Source: Chiloscyllium plagiosum | Lineage: Eukaryota | Direction of reading: 5' to 3' | Length of the DNA: 64,000 bases | Assembly (NCBI RefSeq): GCF_004010195.1 | Contig: NC_057719.1 | Location: 11,848,002-11,912,001 of the forward strand | In this document: one piece after another, positions 51,204 through 64,000 of the stretch | Layout of the letters: each line of letters opens with the position of its first letter | How positions within the stretch are numbered: position 1 is the first letter of the stretch | The notes under the pieces: generated by a model | Databases searched by the model: none | Seen by the model: only the letters and a program-made list of their open reading frames with translations | Told to the model about the DNA's origin: nothing | Translations under genes and position numbers: made by a program

Positions 51204-51675
51204 TGATTTGATTTATTATTGTCCCATGTACTGAGATACAGTGAAAAGCATTGTTTTGCATTCTATCCAGACAAAACATACCTTACATAAGGACATGAGG
51301 GCAATAGAACAGAATAGTGTTACAGCTGCAGAGAATGATCAACTCCAATATGAGAGGTCTGTTCATAAGTCTGAAAACAGCAGGGAAGAAGTTATTCTTT
51401 AACCTGTTGGTATGTGTTTTCAAACTTTTATATCTTTTGCCTGATGGAAGAAGGTGAAAGAAAGTAAATGGGTGGGAGGGATCTTTGATTATTTTGGCTG
51501 CTTTCCCAAAGCAGATAAGTAGAGACAGAGTCAATGGATGGAAGACTGGTTTTCATGATGGACTAGACTCCATTCACAACTCTGTGTAATGTTTTGTAGT
51601 CTTGCCATACCAAGCTGGAATGCATCCAGATAGGATGCTTTCTATGGTGCATCTATAGAAATTGGTATGTCATTG
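51204..51675 (-). mobile_element. Rex1-like LINE 3' end
   Basis: KAAKIIKDPSHP...LLPSGKRYKSL..HTNRLKNNFFPAV-RLMN and a (gattt)n tail. Confidence 0.8.
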
Positions 51676-51985
51676 AGGAAAAGCTGAAGAAACTCAGCAC
51701 GTCTGGCAGTATCTGTGGAGAGAGAAAACCAAGGTTAACATTTCAAGTCTGTGGTATGACTTCTTCAGAACTGAAAAATGTTGGAACTTAGGTTTTTTTA
51801 AAAATATTTTCCACAGAATCCAAGGAGGAGCAACAGGGCAGATGGTATGGAGACTCAATGCAAAAAGTTGAAGTCATTATCAGTGAAGAAAAGAAAGAGT
51901 AAAAAGAGTGTAAATTAAGGTGTGTAAAGGAGAGACTTAGTATTTGCTAATAAGTGCAAAGTAAACAAAACATACACTACAAATT

Positions 51986-52848
51986 GCATTGAGGAGGCAG
52001 TGAGATTGCAGAAGGATTTGGACAGGTTAGGAGAGTGGACTGAGAAGTGGCAGATGGAGTACAAAGTGGGAAAGTGTGAGATCATGCACTTTGAAAGGAA
52101 GAATAGAGGCATGGACTATTTTCTAAATGTGGAGAAAATTCAGAAGTCTGAAGTGCAAAGAGACTTGGGAGTTCTAGTCCAGGATTCTGTCAAGGTAAAC
52201 TTGCAGGTTAAGTCAGCAGTGAGGAAGGCAAATGCAATTATTTTGACAAGACTTGAATATAAAAGCCGGAATGTACTTCTGAGGGTCTATAAGGCTCTGG
52301 TCAGACCACATTTGAAGTATTGTGTGCAGTTTTGGGCACCATATTCTCAGGAAGGATGTACTAGCCCTGGAGCGTGTTCAGAGGAGGTTCAAGAGAATGG
52401 TCCCTGGAATTAAAAGCTTAACGTATAAGGAATGATCAAGGACTCTGGGTTTACACTTGATGGAGATTAAAAGGATGGGGGGGAAGGGGAAATCTAACTG
52501 AAACATACAGAAAGTGAATGGCTGGACAGAGTAGATGTTGGGAAGATGTTTCCATTGGGAGCAGAGACTAGGTCCCAACAGCATAGCCTTAAAGGGAAGA
52601 CCTTTTAGAACAGAGATAAGGAGAAACTTCTGCCAGAGAGTGGTTAATCTAGAGAATTCACTGCCACAGAAGGCTGTGGAGGCCAGGTCATTAAGTATAT
52701 TTAAGAGATAGGTTCTTGAGTATCATGGGAATCAAGGATTACAGGGTGAAAGCAGGACAATGGGGATGAGAACTTTATCAGCCATGGTTGAATGGCGGAG
52801 CTATTTCAATGGGCTGAATGGAGTAATTTGTGCTCCTGTGTCTTATAC
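51986..52848 (+). mobile_element. CR1 LINE 3' part
   Basis: LQKDLDRLGEW..KWQMEY-VGKC, LVRPHL-YCVQFWAP and a 3'UTR. Confidence 0.88.
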
Positions 52849-53009
52849 ATAGCTGCAGGGGAAAGGGGGAGAAAATGCAGAAGTCATTACGTTTCTGAAG
52901 TTATTGAATTTAATGTTGAGACCTTGAGTGCCAGCCTCAAAATATTTAATTCTGTTTCTTGCTCTCTGACATGTGCTGCTAGATCTGTTGAGTTTGTTTT
53001 TAAATCATT

Positions 53010-54018
<1,009 letters not shown>

Positions 54019-54950
54019 AAAGGAGGGGGGCAAGCAGCGGGTCTCCGGAGAGTTGAGGATGGAGAGAGAAAGGACGTTTACTTTTAAAATATGGCGATCT
54101 CCGCCGCGAGCCCAACCTCCGACTCCCATTCGCCAACGGTTGCTTGGCAACGCCAAGTGAGATGGTTAGAAACTTCACCGGGATGGCTCTAACTTACACA
54201 CACACACACACATATATACTTGTTCACCTGAAGAGGATAGTTTCAACCCATCAAATGATTGTGCACAAGAGGAAGAAGAGATGCATTTTAAATCCTGCCA
54301 CTGCTGTCTTCTGTGGCCCTGAGTGTTGATGAGAAACGCATTGCTTCAGGCACACGTTCCCACCCCTATTCTCTGGCTTATTCAGTACGCCCCTCAAAAA
54401 TTCAGACTTCTCCCTCTGTCTCATTTACTCCTTCTTGCCCCCTCTCTCCCTCGCCTGCTTTTGTTCTTTTTTTTGCCCCATCTCTCTTGCCCTCTCTTTC
54501 TCTTTTCCTCCTCTCTAACCCTCTGGCTTCCTCTCTTACTCTCCTCGCTCTCTACCTTTTCTCTCACGCAAAGAATTCCTGGTTCCGGCTTTTCCCAGTT
54601 CCACTTCTCACTCTGGCTAAGGAGAGTCTTGGCATTCCGGATCACCTTCCAAACACACATCCAGCGAATCATCAGTGACCTTCATCTCGCTGATTTGTGC
54701 GTGGGGTGAAGAATGCCAATTGATCAGTCCAGGATTCTCTCAAAAGTCTGAATATGAAGTGGATGGTGTCGGTGGGAGGTTGTAGGGAATTCAAAGAATT
54801 GCCATCTGTGGTTGATGATCCATGGGAGATGCCCGAGTGCAAATTGACAGTTGCATCTCTTGCATTCCAGCAATGGCTACAGTCCAAAAGTATTTCATTA
54901 GTTGTAAAACACATTTATCGAGTCATACAGCATGGATGTTCTGAGATTGT

Positions 54951-55108
54951 AACAAAAATAGAAGTTGCTGGAAAAATTCAACAGATCTGGCAACATCCGT
55001 GAAGAAAAATCAGAGTTAACGTTTTGGGTCCTGTGCCAGACCTACTGAGCTTTTCCAGCAACTTCTGTTTTTATTTCTGATTTATAGCATCAACAAATCT
55101 TTCGGTTT
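54951..55108. mobile_element. Fold-back Penelope-like mini-element (family B) inside a decayed Deu-SINE tail
   Basis: agaagttgctggaaaa / ttttccagcaacttct inverted arms. TSD TGTTCTGAGATTGT (54937-54950) and TGTTCTGAAATTGT (55109-55122). Confidence 0.8.
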
Positions 55109-56747
55109 TGTTCTGAAATTGTGGTCGGCAGTACAGAAATGTGATTCTTCTGATGTTGCTATTGCATAGGTTGACTCATTCTGTATCTGTGACAATTCAG
55201 TCAAGTTTAGTTTAAAATCAGAACTCACTCTTTACACTTTATAAATTTTCGCATGAGTGGCTGAATCTACAGAGCTAATGGAGGCATTTGGAGATTACTT
55301 TAACATACGCTGCATACCGTTGTCTTCAGTCTTGCTTCACCGTGTAATCCAATACTGCCGCAAAAGAGCCAAAAGTAAACAGTGAATTTGTTTGAACTCC
55401 CCTTCTGTTAATGTCTGCTTTAAGAAAAACAAACCTCTCTAAACAAGGGTTCACAGCTTCAGTGTGAGAAAACTGGTAGCTGAACGAGAATTCACAGTCT
55501 CCTGCTGGAATCCTGTTTTTACCTGGGACTGATAGCTATGGAATCCCCACCACTATTGGCTTCCTTTTCCTTCCTGTATACATAAGCTTCTACATTCCAG
55601 GCTTTAGGAAGACAGCAGTTCATATTTTTTCTGCTTTGACGGTGTCCTGCTCTGTGGGTGTCATCATGTCTCCTGCACTTTTCAATCAATTGAAAGAGAC
55701 ACAGGCTGCCTTGTAAAGAGAAAAGATCAAAACATTTTATTTTAAATGAAGCGAGGATACAAAAGGGAATCGAATGACATACGAGTCCAGAATATCTCTC
55801 TCAAAACTCTGGCGATGCATTAATGCGAATGGCTCAACGAATTAGAAGTTTGAGGTGTGACACTGAAATGCAGGGGGCTTTCAGGATCTCTGTTTCTCTC
55901 TACTGTCTTCAGAGTTGCGAAATGAATAAGACCAAATGTCACCCTATCCAACTTCCTACCAGCTAGGTAATTGGAGTATACACTAACAATGGATGCTTTG
56001 TTTGCCATTGACTGTAAACCATATGGGACATCATGAGATTGTGATAGGTGCAATATAAATGGAATTTCTTTTTATTCCTTTATCTTTAACAGTGGCCGTC
56101 TGTATAAATTAGCCCATAACAGACCTTAAACAAAATGGGGCAAACTCCAATGATGGAGCGCTAAGGGAATCCTTGATCCAAATTAATCTGTTCTTCGTTG
56201 GAACCACCATGTCATATTGCAAATTTCTCACCATTCCATAAATTATTTTCTGAAATTTATCTAAACTTCTTTCACCGTGGCTCAAGGGTGTCTGTTCCAT
56301 GTATTGAAGCACTCACCCTCTCTACAAAATTCAATCACGGTATATCAATAGGATTTGTGGAGAAAACCATCTCTTTGAAATGTTAGAGAATTTTTTTTAC
56401 CCCGCCAGTTTAATTTAAAAAAAAATACAGTATCAAGCACTGAGTTTCCTAAAATCCTCCAAAACATAAAAGGTCTTTCCAATCAAACATAGTAAAATGA
56501 CACATGACAAATGGACACCATTTAGCCCCCATGGTGCTTGTGTTGTGTTGCAGACAGAACTATCCACTTCGTCACAATTGCACTCTTGCTCTGTAACTCG
56601 GCAAATGTTTTTGATTTCATTTGGAAATCACTATTATAAATCCCAATTGGATGGCTACAGTTCAGAGAAGCAAATGGCTAGCTTCATTGATTAGAATCAA
56701 TTCATTTTTACAGCACACCCAAGGTCACCTGACCATTCACAGCTTTG

Positions 56748-57097
56748 AAAATCTGTTGCTGGAACAACGCAGCAGGTCAGGCAGCATCCAGGGAACAGGA
56801 GAATCGACATTTCGGGCATAAGCCCTTCTTCAGGAATGAGGAGAGTGTGTCCAGCAGGCTAAGATAAAAGGTAGGGAGGAGGGACTTGGGGGAGGGGCGT
56901 TGGAAATGCGATAGGTGGAGGGAGGTCAAGGTGAGGGTGATAGGTCAGAGTAGGGTGGGGGCGGAGAAGTCAGGAAGAAGATTGCAGGTTAGGAAGGCGG
57001 TGCTGAGTTCAAGGGATTTGACGGAGACAAGGTGGCGGGAGGGGAAATGAGGAAACTGGTGAAATCCGAGTTCATCCCTTGTGGTTGCAGGGTTCCT
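56748..57097 (-). mobile_element. Penelope-like terminal repeat (family A, longer copy)
   Basis: Near-identical to 63636-64000, with AGCTTTG on both flanks. Confidence 0.8.
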
Positions 57098-57641
57098 AGC
57101 TTTGTCAACCTCCCCATAATCTGCAGATTAGACCTCTGCAAGGATGTATGACTAATCGGATGGAATGGTTACGTCCAGAAAATTAATTCTTTCCTGATGT
57201 GCATAGCAATGAAGTTAGTCATTTCTTACAAAGAGACAATTATAAATACACCATTTTGAAGTCAATGCATGATGATCAGCATGTGTTCTTTTTATACCTG
57301 AATATGGAGGAAGACTGAATCAGACTGTGATTCCAGAATAGATGCAAACCTGACCTCTGAAGGCAAGAGGTTGTACAGTCCAACTCAAGTTGAGAACCGC
57401 AGTCAGTGTATAATTACAGCTGATACTTCAGTGCAGGGTGTATTGTCAGAAGTGCACCTTTCATGTGTTGCAGCAACCAAAGTTCCACCTGGCTTTTCAT
57501 CTGCACAAAAAACATTCCACAGGAGAACTCTGCTGATGTCATAGTCATTATGTCATTATTCCATTTCTCTTGGTAAATGAGCTGGTTTTATATTTTGCTT
57601 TAATGAAACTGGGCCTAACTGTAGAAAATTTCCATCCTGTT

Positions 57642-58741
57642 GTGGTTCTGTTCGCCGAGCTGGGAATTTGTGTTGCAGACGTTTCATCCCCTGTCTAGGT
57701 GACATCCTCAGTGCTTTGGAGCCTCCTGTGAAGCACTTCTGTGATCTTTCCTCCAGCATTTGTAGTGGTTTTAATGTGCCGCTTCTGGTTGTCAGTTCCA
57801 GCTGTCCGTTGCAGTGGCCAGTATATTGGGTCCAGGTCGATGTGCTTATTGATTGAATCTGTGGATGAGTGCCATGCCTCTAGGAATGCCCTGGCTGTTC
57901 TCTGTTTGGCTTGTCCTATAATAGTAGTGAATTGAATCCTTCCACCATGTGTCAGATGCAAACCACCAGTCAACAACCCACAAGCTAGGGACAGAGCCAG
58001 AGAGAACGGATTCAGGATGATCCAGGTAATGATTACAGACGCTCACAACAGACTTCACAAATACAGACAAGAAATTACGTGCCAAAATAGTTAATTTCAA
58101 AAACCACCAATCATGAATGGACCCAGACCATAGAACAGGCTGTCACCATAGGGCAGAATAGGACCACACACCACAAAAAAAGGCACTAAAAGAAAAAATG
58201 GCCAAACTAACACACAATAGAGAGGACACCACAACACACACCTGGGTTAGAAACCTCTCCCACATACACGGAAAGAACAATACTGGCCAAGAGATTCAAC
58301 TACAATCACAGGGACAACAAGACAGCAGACTTCCTAGCAGCACTAGAATGCACACTTAGGAACAATGGGCTGACAGAAGAGACACAGCAAACAGTGAGAC
58401 AAAGTATCGTACCTCTGATAACAAGGAAACACTATTATTATAACAAGCCAAACAGAGAACAGCCAGGGAATTCCTAGAGGCATAGCACTCGTTCACAGAT
58501 TCAATCAATAAGCACATTGACCTGGACCCAATATACCGACCACTGCAACGGACAACTGGAACTGACAACCGGAAGCGGCAGATTCAAACCACTACAAATG
58601 CCGGAGGAAAGATCACAGGAAGCTCCCAAGCACTGAGGATGTCACCTAGACGGGACGAAATGTCTGCAACACAAATTCCCAGCTCGGCGAACAGAACCAC
58701 AACATCGAGCACCCGAGCTACAAATCTTCTCTCAAACTTTG
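57642..58741 (+). mobile_element. Internally deleted Penelope-like element (family D) with an inverted 5' pseudo-LTR
   Basis: 57642-57930 is the reverse complement of 58430-58703, encoding the GIY-YIG C-terminus AREFLEA-HS--DSINKHIDLDPIY. TSD AATTTCCATCCTGTT at 57627-57641 and 58742-58756. Confidence 0.88.
57675..57714 (-). ncRNA. Minimal hammerhead-ribozyme motif (family D); a mutated mirror copy lies at 58630-58667 (+)
   Basis: Minus strand GCA-CTGAGGA-T-GTC-ACCTAGACAGGG-GAT-GAAA-CG-TC-TGC: intact core, GCA/TGC stem I, ACGT palindrome. Confidence 0.66.
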
Positions 58742-59069
58742 AATTTCCATCCTGTTTAGTATTTTTATTCAAGCGGCAGAGGATAAAGGATATTAGGGAG
58801 CTTTTGACTAATAAAAAAAAAATATCTTATTGGCATAGTGGGCTGAGCATTCTGTGTTTAACTCAGGAGATTTGTGATCCGATAGCCTCTGTGATTCTTG
58901 ATATATGCTGACTTAGTCAAATCTTTGATACTTCTGTCAACATGGTCAATAGAGCTGCAACTTATACCTATGATTGTCAATATGTATCATCTGAACTCCT
59001 CAATTAGATGTCTGCCCATAACTCAATCTCAGGTATCAATTATTCAATAAATTATCTATTTGAACCTTA

Positions 59070-59311
59070 ATTAGATTCCAGCCTTGGGCAATTCGGTGTC
59101 TGCGGGGTTTCCTCCTACAATCCAAAGATGAGCAGGTTTGGTGAATTGGCCATACTAAATTGCCCATTGTCTTCAGGGATGTGTAGGCTAGGTGCATTAG
59201 TCTGGGGTAAATGTAGACTAACGGGGAATGGGTTTGGGTGGGATACTTTTCAGAGGGTCAGTATGGACTTATTGGGCCGAAGGGCCTGTTTTCACACTGT
59301 AGGGATTCTAT
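59070..59311 (+). mobile_element. HE1-like V-SINE (5'-degenerate)
   Basis: gtgtctgcggggtttcctcc-acaatccaaagatg and a ggccgaagggcctgttttcacactgtagggattcta tail. Confidence 0.75.
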
Positions 59312-61146
59312 ACATTGTCTGAATTTCTCAATTTCTCCAGTCTGTAACCCACTACAAGATATCCAGATCATCTAAACCTCTTAATAGGTATTTGAATTGC
59401 TCAATTAGATTCCAGTCTGCATTTCAGTCCCAAGTATCAATTTTTCCATATATAAACCATTTGAACTACTCAATTCCAAACTGTAACTCCCTCTCAGATA
59501 TCCACTATTCAATATATAAATTATCAGACATTCCTCACTTAGATTCTCACTCTTTGGTACTTGTCATCTTATCCCCTTGTGCTGCTTCTTAGTTATTTCT
59601 AATATATTGAAGTATCAATGAGTTATATAAATTGAACTTGGGAACCAGAGAACAGTTGTTGTGATAGTTTTGACTCTGTGATCTTTCTGTGAATGAATGA
59701 TCATTTTTGTCCTTGTGCAAATTACATTGCCAAAGTCACTGTTTCAATTGGCTACATCCAATATTGCATTCAAAACTCATCACACCAGTCTCAGAACCAC
59801 CTCAAGGTCCAACCACCTGAGAACAATACTTTAATTACTATTAACATTGCCATAATGATATGGATGTATCGGACATTGGGCCTTTCCTCCATCAAATTCT
59901 GATTTATAGGCTTTGTGGGTTTAGTTTGGTAGTGGGAACAGAATCCTCATAATTTTTAAACCAACAACAAAATCAGGCAACATTTCCAATTATGTAGTGG
60001 ACTACAATCTGATCTGTCCCAATAAAGTCTGAAGTCACATTAAAGGAATACAATCAGAATACATTGAGAGCAGTTTTGAATTTGCTATCATCCTCCATTT
60101 TCAATTTTTGTGTATAGCCCCAAGACTGAAATTCATAGACCAAGGGAGAGAATTAGGCTTTTAGTTAAAGGTGTATTAAGTAGAATTTTAATTATTTTAA
60201 GTAGACATGAGCCAAAGAAATTAAAGGGATTCAATTTATAAAAAGTTCAGCTCCATTTCATACAGAATGTAACTTTCATTCTTCCATGCAATACTGAATT
60301 GTGGTCTTGCATGCCACCACGGTTTTATTTTGAAGGTTGTTCTCTGACCTCTAATAGTTTTGCACTTTTGCAACTCACTGTTGTAATCTACATGTCTGGG
60401 AGGAGGGAAAGGGAGTGTGCAGAATCTTTGTAAACACTGTTGGTCTTTCTTTATAGGAATATTTCCCACACAGAGTCTCAAGCAATATGTAGTATGAAAT
60501 TGGCAAACACTTCTATTCTTTGATGCAAATGCTAGTACTTTAGTGCTCTTTGATCCATTCCCACATTCAGTTAACATAATATCTGAAGGGAAATGGTTGG
60601 TTTCCCTCCATTTACAACTGTCGAAAGCAACAAGAGGCTGGCTCATGTACGGATTTCTCTCAAGGTTACCCTTTGTCTCCAAGACTATGGAACCTGATCA
60701 CAGGGCCTACAAGTGAATATAATTGGTATAGATTTATCTCTGAGCTTTCTCTGCTCAATGGAGACCCCCTGATGAACAGGTGAGCAAGCCTACAAATACA
60801 GTGATGTTCCTAGTGTGTGCAGCACTGGGACATGAAGCCAAGATGACATCAGCTGTGATCCCAAGTCAGCACCTGTCCCTGGTCCTGGGCAGGGTGACAG
60901 TAAAAGACAGAAGAGCTCAAGAGAGAGCAAATCAGGCAGTCACTTGGCCACAAGCCATGATCCCCCACTAGCTAATGAGCAGGTAAAGTTCGGATCAGGT
61001 TCTGCTGGGATACTCCCCATCCTCCCTCAATGGTCAGACTTCGGATCTCACATGGGGAATATACCACAGCAAAGTAAAGGAGGGTACAAATGAAGAGGGT
61101 AGAATCAAAGTCTTCAGTATAAATACCAGTATTTTCAAATTGCCAT

Positions 61147-61272
61147 CAGTTCTGATGAAGAGTCACCAGACTCAAAATGTTAATTCTGCTTTCTTAACAG
61201 ATGTAGCCAGACATACTAAGATTTGCCAGAAGTTTGTGTTTTAGATTTCTAGTATCTACAGTTCTTTATTTT
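61147..61272 (+). mobile_element. Penelope-like terminal repeat (family B) with a CpG-decayed hammerhead (61148-61185)
   Basis: AGTT-CTGATGA-A-GAGTC-ACCA-GACTC-AAAATGTT-AATT. CGAAACG has become CAAAATG, consistent with two CpG transitions. Confidence 0.7.
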
Positions 61273-62277
61273 GTTAATTAAATAATTTTGGCTCTGTGTG
61301 ACATCTTGGAGCATCGCTTGAGAATTTTATTGCTCCAGAACTGAGGCACTTTACTTTGGATTTTTCATTTTTATTCTGTTATTTGTAAATTGTGTCCCAC
61401 TGTTCTCAAGAGAATTAGTTGCAAATAAAATGTTGCAGGTAGTTTCAATGTTTAAAGAATTCTTGTGCATAATGTAAGGACTTAATAACTTGAGTTTCTT
61501 GTACTGTACAGTATTTATTGTGTGTTTAATACTTAACAAATGAGAGTGAAATATTTTACACAATTTAAGATGCACTACTGTGAAAAACCTTGTTTCTAAG
61601 GGACTTCTGTTCTACATGAAAGGGAAATGTAATGTATCATCAATTTTGTCTTTCAATAAAAAGATCAAAAGCAAATAGGTTGCCACTTCTTTTCAACTTT
61701 TTCCCTTAGCTTATGTTTGGTTTCATTACAATTTGCACTGGATGAAGCATTAACTACTTGAGAATCACAAAACAAACCTGCCATTTTCCACCTCTGTTTA
61801 GATTCAATGCTTGGACAAGGAAGTTTTGGACAAGAGAAGGAAACAAGGACTTCTAGTCCACTGTGGGCAAAGGCAAGAGTAATGCATTGGCATCGAGGTG
61901 GAGCAGGGTTTACCCACTCCAAAAAAACTGGGAAGTGCAAAAAGCATCAACACTGTCTCGCATCGATATAAGCTTATACAAAAACACATAAGAGCACATG
62001 TCCACCAAGTGTGGATGTTAAAATAAAAGCAGTGTTGTCACATCAAGGTTTCTGAATCCATACTATGCTGGGGAGAAAAAAAAACTACTTGTTTTATTGG
62101 ATGCCAGAAAGTAATCCATTTAGGAAAAATATAAATTCTATGGTGCTAAAGACATTGATGAACTGATATACACTACCCCTACAATTGATACAGCTCAAAT
62201 GCAATAAGGCACCTCAAGGAAGAAAATAGTTTTGCATTTGTATAGCATTTTCACATCCACAGGAACTCCCAAAACAT

Positions 62278-62625
62278 GGAGGTAGTGGTGTGCTGCTGAT
62301 GACACTGGCCTTGTAACCCAGAGCCCCAGCCTAATGGTCAGGGTTGAAATGACGGATTCAAATCTCATCATGACAAATTGTTAAAATCTGAATTCAATAA
62401 AAATCTGAAATAAAAAAAGCCACCCTAATGGTGACCATGTGACCACTGTCAATTGTTGTAAAAATTAATCAACTTTTTCCTAATTTCAATACTTTTTTTT
62501 AAGCATCAAGGAGTATGGGGAGAAAGTAAAAATATGGCATTGAGATAGAGGAACAATTTTAAATGTCAAATGGCAGAGCAAGCTTGAAGGACCAAATGGC
62601 CTAATCCTGCTTCTAGCTTCTATAA
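62278..62625 (+). mobile_element. tRNA-headed SINE fragment followed by a CR1 tail
   Basis: tgaattcaataaaaatctg...gtgaccatg as in 44173-44495, and ccaaatggcctaatcctgcttcta. Confidence 0.55.
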
Positions 62626-62639
62626 CCAATAAAAGAATT

Positions 62640-63595
62640 TAGAGGAGTTACTTGCTTAAGGTGGAAAAATGCTACATCTGCTTTTTCACAGTCGCAAACT
62701 TGAACAAGTCAAATGACTGGATAAATAAGTTTTTCCTCAACGATATTGTTAGAGATAAATTTTAGTCTGGATCCTGGGGTGGAAAAAGGAGGGCTCCCCT
62801 TCAATAGATCCATCTGCAAAGGCAGACCGGGCCCTAGCAGTTCATTATATTTCATCATAACTGAGAAGGCAAGGTTCCTCTGACAGTGCAGCACTCCTGT
62901 GGTAATACACTGGGAACATGAACTAAAATCAGTTGTTCCACATGCAAAAGATCCCACAGACCACCAATCCATTCACTTTCACTTCTCACCATAATAACAA
63001 TGTCAGGATTAATGGAAAAAAATTGATGAGGCATCAATAAGGTGATGGCTGGTTCCAAGCTGATGGAGTCTCATGTCAGGCAACTTTGGATTTTCAACAC
63101 TGGGCCACAAATTATCTGTACACTGGAGCAAATAACATGAATCTTGCCAAGAACCAACTATTGCAATGCCACTCGCATTAAGGACAACTCGCACTGCAGA
63201 CACAGGAGCCAAAAACTGGATCTGCAACATCCACTGCAACTGGAGGACCACCAGCTCGGTAAAATATGCTCTTTGATCGACCTGAAGCTTGGTGATCTTC
63301 TAGGGTAAACCATGAGTGAGTGTTGGAAATTTGCACATTCCAAGGTCCAGGACCATGTTTTGAGGGATGCACAAAAGCTTGGAGTAACCACTGCCAAGGC
63401 TGCATGGGGAAAGACCACTATCAGAGGCCTTTCTGCTATAATGTACCAAAGGAGTATAGTAGCCTTTGTTGCATGCATTGAAATGGACATAGCTTCTGGA
63501 CATAAACGGTTTCACTTTGCAATTGGATGGAGGCACTGAAGATGCACTGTTCAAATTAGAAATGTGACACAAGTACTTTTAAAATAAAATAATTT
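62640..63595 (+). mobile_element. L1/Tx1-clade LINE ORF2 remnant with 3' end
   Basis: C-terminal ECWKFAHSKVQDHVLRDAQKLG..AKAAWGKTT followed by AATAAA near 63583. Internal parts are heavily deleted. Confidence 0.6.
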
Positions 63596-63635
63596 ACTCT
63601 CACATATACTTTTATATGACAAATACAGTGGGCAG

Positions 63636-64000
63636 CGCTGAAAATGTGTTACTGGAAAAGCACAGCAGGTCAGGCAGCATCCAAGGAACAGGAGAATCGA
63701 CGTTTCGGGCATAAGCCCTTCTTCAGGAATGAGGAAAGTGTGTCCAGCAGGCTAAGATAAAAGGTAGGGAGGAGGGACTTGGGGAAGGTGGAGGGAGGTC
63801 AAGGTGAGGGCGATAGGCCGGAGTGGGGTGGGGGCGGAGAGGTCAGGAAGAAGATTGCAGGTTAGGAAGGCGGTGCTGTGTTCGAGGGATTTGACTGAGA
63901 GAAGGTGGGGGGAGGGGAAATGAGGAAACTGGAGAAATGAGGAAATTGGAGAAATTGGAGTTCATCCCTTGTGGTTAGAGGGTTCCCAGGCGGAAGATGA
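63636..64000 (-). mobile_element. Penelope-like element end (family A), running out of the window, with an intact hammerhead core at about 63695-63730
   Basis: Minus strand CTGAAGA-A-GGGC-TTAT-GCCC-GAAA-CG-TC. Confidence 0.82.

Noticed and set aside
54019..64000. Exons of a convergent neighbour gene such as ahsa1
   Set aside because: No recognisable coding exons on either strand. ORFs here are repeat-derived or random.

Overview
Eukaryotic (vertebrate) genomic DNA. The repeat complement (CR1/HER1-like LINEs, HE1-like V-SINEs, Deu-domain SINEs, Penelope-like elements) points to a cartilaginous fish, probably a shark; this is an inference. One protein-coding gene is visible: the last four coding exons of an isthmin gene on the + strand (7904-8219, 48440-48580, 50040-50102, 53501-54018; TSP1 + AMOP domains; best read as ism2). 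Its 5' exons were not found in the window. A ~40 kb intron is filled with nested retroelements, including a decayed full-length Gmr1-type Gypsy element (integrase upstream of RT, SCAN-like gag, two LTRs) inserted exactly into the YADD motif of an older L2 LINE. The most striking unannotated signal is at least four families of Penelope-like terminal repeats. All carry a minimal hammerhead-ribozyme core (CTGANGA-N-stemII-GAAA-palindrome-TH) with covarying stems. Many occur as 50-230 bp, often fold-back, insertions flanked by 9-16 bp target-site duplications. All calls were made by eye from the sequence, and repeat boundaries are approximate unless a TSD is given.
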